Shown one piece after another: positions 61,891 through 64,000 of a stretch of 64,000 nt of DNA. Each line of letters opens with the position of its first letter. The stretch's first letter is position 1. The stretch is from Callorhinchus milii (Eukaryota). The stretch lies in contig NW_024704742.1 of NCBI RefSeq assembly GCF_018977255.1, forward strand, positions 102,178,001-102,242,000, in the 5' to 3' direction. The notes beneath the pieces were generated by a model. That model was not told where the DNA came from. It saw nothing but the letters and a program-made list of their open reading frames with translations, and made no database searches. Made by a program: the position numbers and the translations under genes.

Positions 61891-62703
61891 TTCTAGCAGG
61901 ATAGTTTCTAGCAGTCAAATGTGACTTCAAAAGGGTTTTCAGTATTGGTTTTCAGCTTAGTTTATTGCCCTCAAGAGGCAACATAGTATTTCATTAGCTT
62001 TGCTAATAATGGCTTCATATTGACTGGAAACTTTCAGTAAATGATCCAATAATCACACCAAGTTCTTTTCCTTCCCTATCTCTGCTAACAGAGCGCTCTT
62101 AATCATGCGCATGTATGTTCCTAGTCAATAAAACAGCATAACAATAAAAAATACCTAAAAATGGTAATGAAATATTAGAAATAACATCAGAGCCTAGTGA
62201 ATGTGGTCCATAGATTTAGAAAATTGTGCCCACGTTTTAATATTTTGGTCCATAAAATTCTGTAATACAGCAGCGTCTATCCTTAACACATCTTATTTTG
62301 TGTTAACAAATGAGGCTGTGCCGTGGTTTAGAATGACTGTAAATTATGAGCTATGTTTGTTGACAATGTATGTGTTGGTAATAAACAGCTCAACTATTAA
62401 AGCCCCTTATTGTAATGAAGATTCTTAATGTAATTTCATCCTGCATACACTCCAGGTTTTTATAAATACAAATGTCATTATCCTGAACTACAAGTTGCAC
62501 ATATTTCATTCACAAATACACAGCAACAATACACTTGACCAGCACTTTATCTCTTTATTTCTTTATTCCTCCCCCACCACCCCACCCCGTGTCTTTTGCT
62601 ACCTGAAAGCCAGATCCACTCAATTGACTTCCTCCCATTACGGGAGACATGGTCTGGACATTAATTCATGCATTTAGTTCTCTTCTCTTCAGCTATTTCA
62701 TTT

Positions 62704-63169
62704 CATAGAATTATACAGCACAGGAGGAGGCCATTCGGCCCATCGTGTTTGTGCCAGCTCCTTGAAAAGAGCTACCAATTCAATCCCACTCCCCCGCTCT
62801 CTCCCCATATACCTGCAAACTTCCCCTCCCCAAATAATTATCTACTTCTCTCTTATAAGTTGTTAACGAATCTGCTTCCACCACCCTTACAGGCAATGCA
62901 TTCAAGATCCAAGCAACTCGCTGTGTGAAAAAAATTCTCCTCACCTCCCCTCTGTTTCTTTTAACAACTATTTTAAATCGGTGTCCTCAGGTTACCAACC
63001 CACCCGCCAGTGGACACAGTTTCTCCTTGTACACCCTAACGAATCCCCTCATAATTTTGAAAACTTTCATTAAGTCTCCTCTTAACTTTCTCTGCTCCAA
63101 GGAGAATAATCCTAGCTTCTCTAGCCTCTCCTGATAACTGAAGTCCCTGATTCCTGGTACTATCCTGGT
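62704..63169 (-). mobile_element. CR1 3' fragment
   Basis: FTRIVPGIRDFSYQERLEKLGLFSLEQRKLRGDL; CATAGAAT tail. Confidence 0.93.
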
Positions 63170-64000
63170 AAAGGTTGGCTCCTGTGGGTGAGGGGCGGTG
63201 AGAGTTAGGGAAGGGGCAGTCAGGGTGGGTGCTGTTGGACAGCCAATGGCATCTACCATGGTGGGCACGAAGGAGAATGTGAAGGGAGGAGCAGAGGGAG
63301 GCCGTGGGGGAGTCAAAGAGGGATAGGAGTCAGGGCAGGTGGAGGGAGAGGAGGGTTGAGTGGGAGTAGTGGAGGGAAGGGGATGGGGTCGGGAACATCT
63401 TGGGGAAGCAGCTCGGGTCAATTGCGGTAGCCAATGTGCGCACACTGAGACTCAGAGTGGACAGGAGTTCAGCGAGCCATGGTTAGCCCGCTGAGCTGGG
63501 CTGGTGAGGCTCAGTGAGTTGATGGGGGCAGTGATGTCTTCCCAGTGAGTCCTGTCCTCGAGATTCAAATGAGGCGGGTGGGATAACGTCACGCGGCAGC
63601 CGGTTGCCGATTGGCTGAGCCCTCAGAGAGTGCGGGACGGTGGCGAGGGCGCTGATAGCAGCGGGCACTATTGGTGTGGACCAGTGGAGGCGATGGGTCC
63701 TATGCGAGTCCCTCTGCACCACACCGGGCGGCCTTGGGCACCGGTGAGGTCCGCAGACCTCGAGTCAGCCTTGCTGCAGGTCCCGCTCGCTGCTGAGCCA
63801 CTCCAGATGCCGGTTCCAACCACAATTCAGATCCCGCTGAATGTTGAGCCGCAGGTCCCGCTCAAGACGCTGAGTCCGAGCCTCGCTCCGGGCGCTTCGG
63901 GCCACAATCCCGGGTAGATCGCCTCCGTCTCTGATTCCATTCCGGGCTCCCCGGCCGCGGGAGGCTCCTGACGCCCCAGCTTCAGTCTAGACGACCTACG
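63170..64000. other. GC/CpG-rich block of unknown origin (TE 5' region or promoter-like), runs off the window
   Basis: Abrupt compositional switch; CpG abundant from ~63480, unlike the rest of the window. Confidence 0.55.

Overview
This is vertebrate genomic DNA, not prokaryotic, so the alternative-start ORF track is mostly noise. By my rough manual tally about 45% of the window is non-LTR retroelement debris. It comprises (i) L2-clade LINE fragments ending in (GTT)n; (ii) CR1-clade LINE fragments with (ATTCTATG)/(TTCTTATG)-type tails, including one ~3.2 kb copy spanning the ORF1 esterase end, endonuclease and RT; and (iii) tRNA-derived SINEs carrying the Deu-domain 3' part and an L2-like tail. 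The SINEs come in an old SacSINE1/AmnSINE1-like form and younger chimeric forms. This repertoire points to a cartilaginous fish, possibly a holocephalan (inference). No intact gene is present. The window looks like a large intron or 5' region of a + strand gene, with two credible exon candidates (509-671 and 22621-22870) that I cannot name. Most notable observations: a stepwise, modular SINE lineage (tRNA head, CORE-like segment, Deu 3' part, L2 stem-loop) with intermediates visible within the window; a three-copy CR1-linked element with a long unclassified 3' region; a fully palindromic ~230 bp MITE-like element in two copies; several nested insertions that order TE activity; long inverted-repeat pairs; a C/D snoRNA-like segment; and a CpG-rich block at the right edge. 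I found no evidence for a wholly new biological system. Repeat boundaries are read by eye (roughly +/-10-30 bp) and family names are from recalled consensus similarity, not from a database search.
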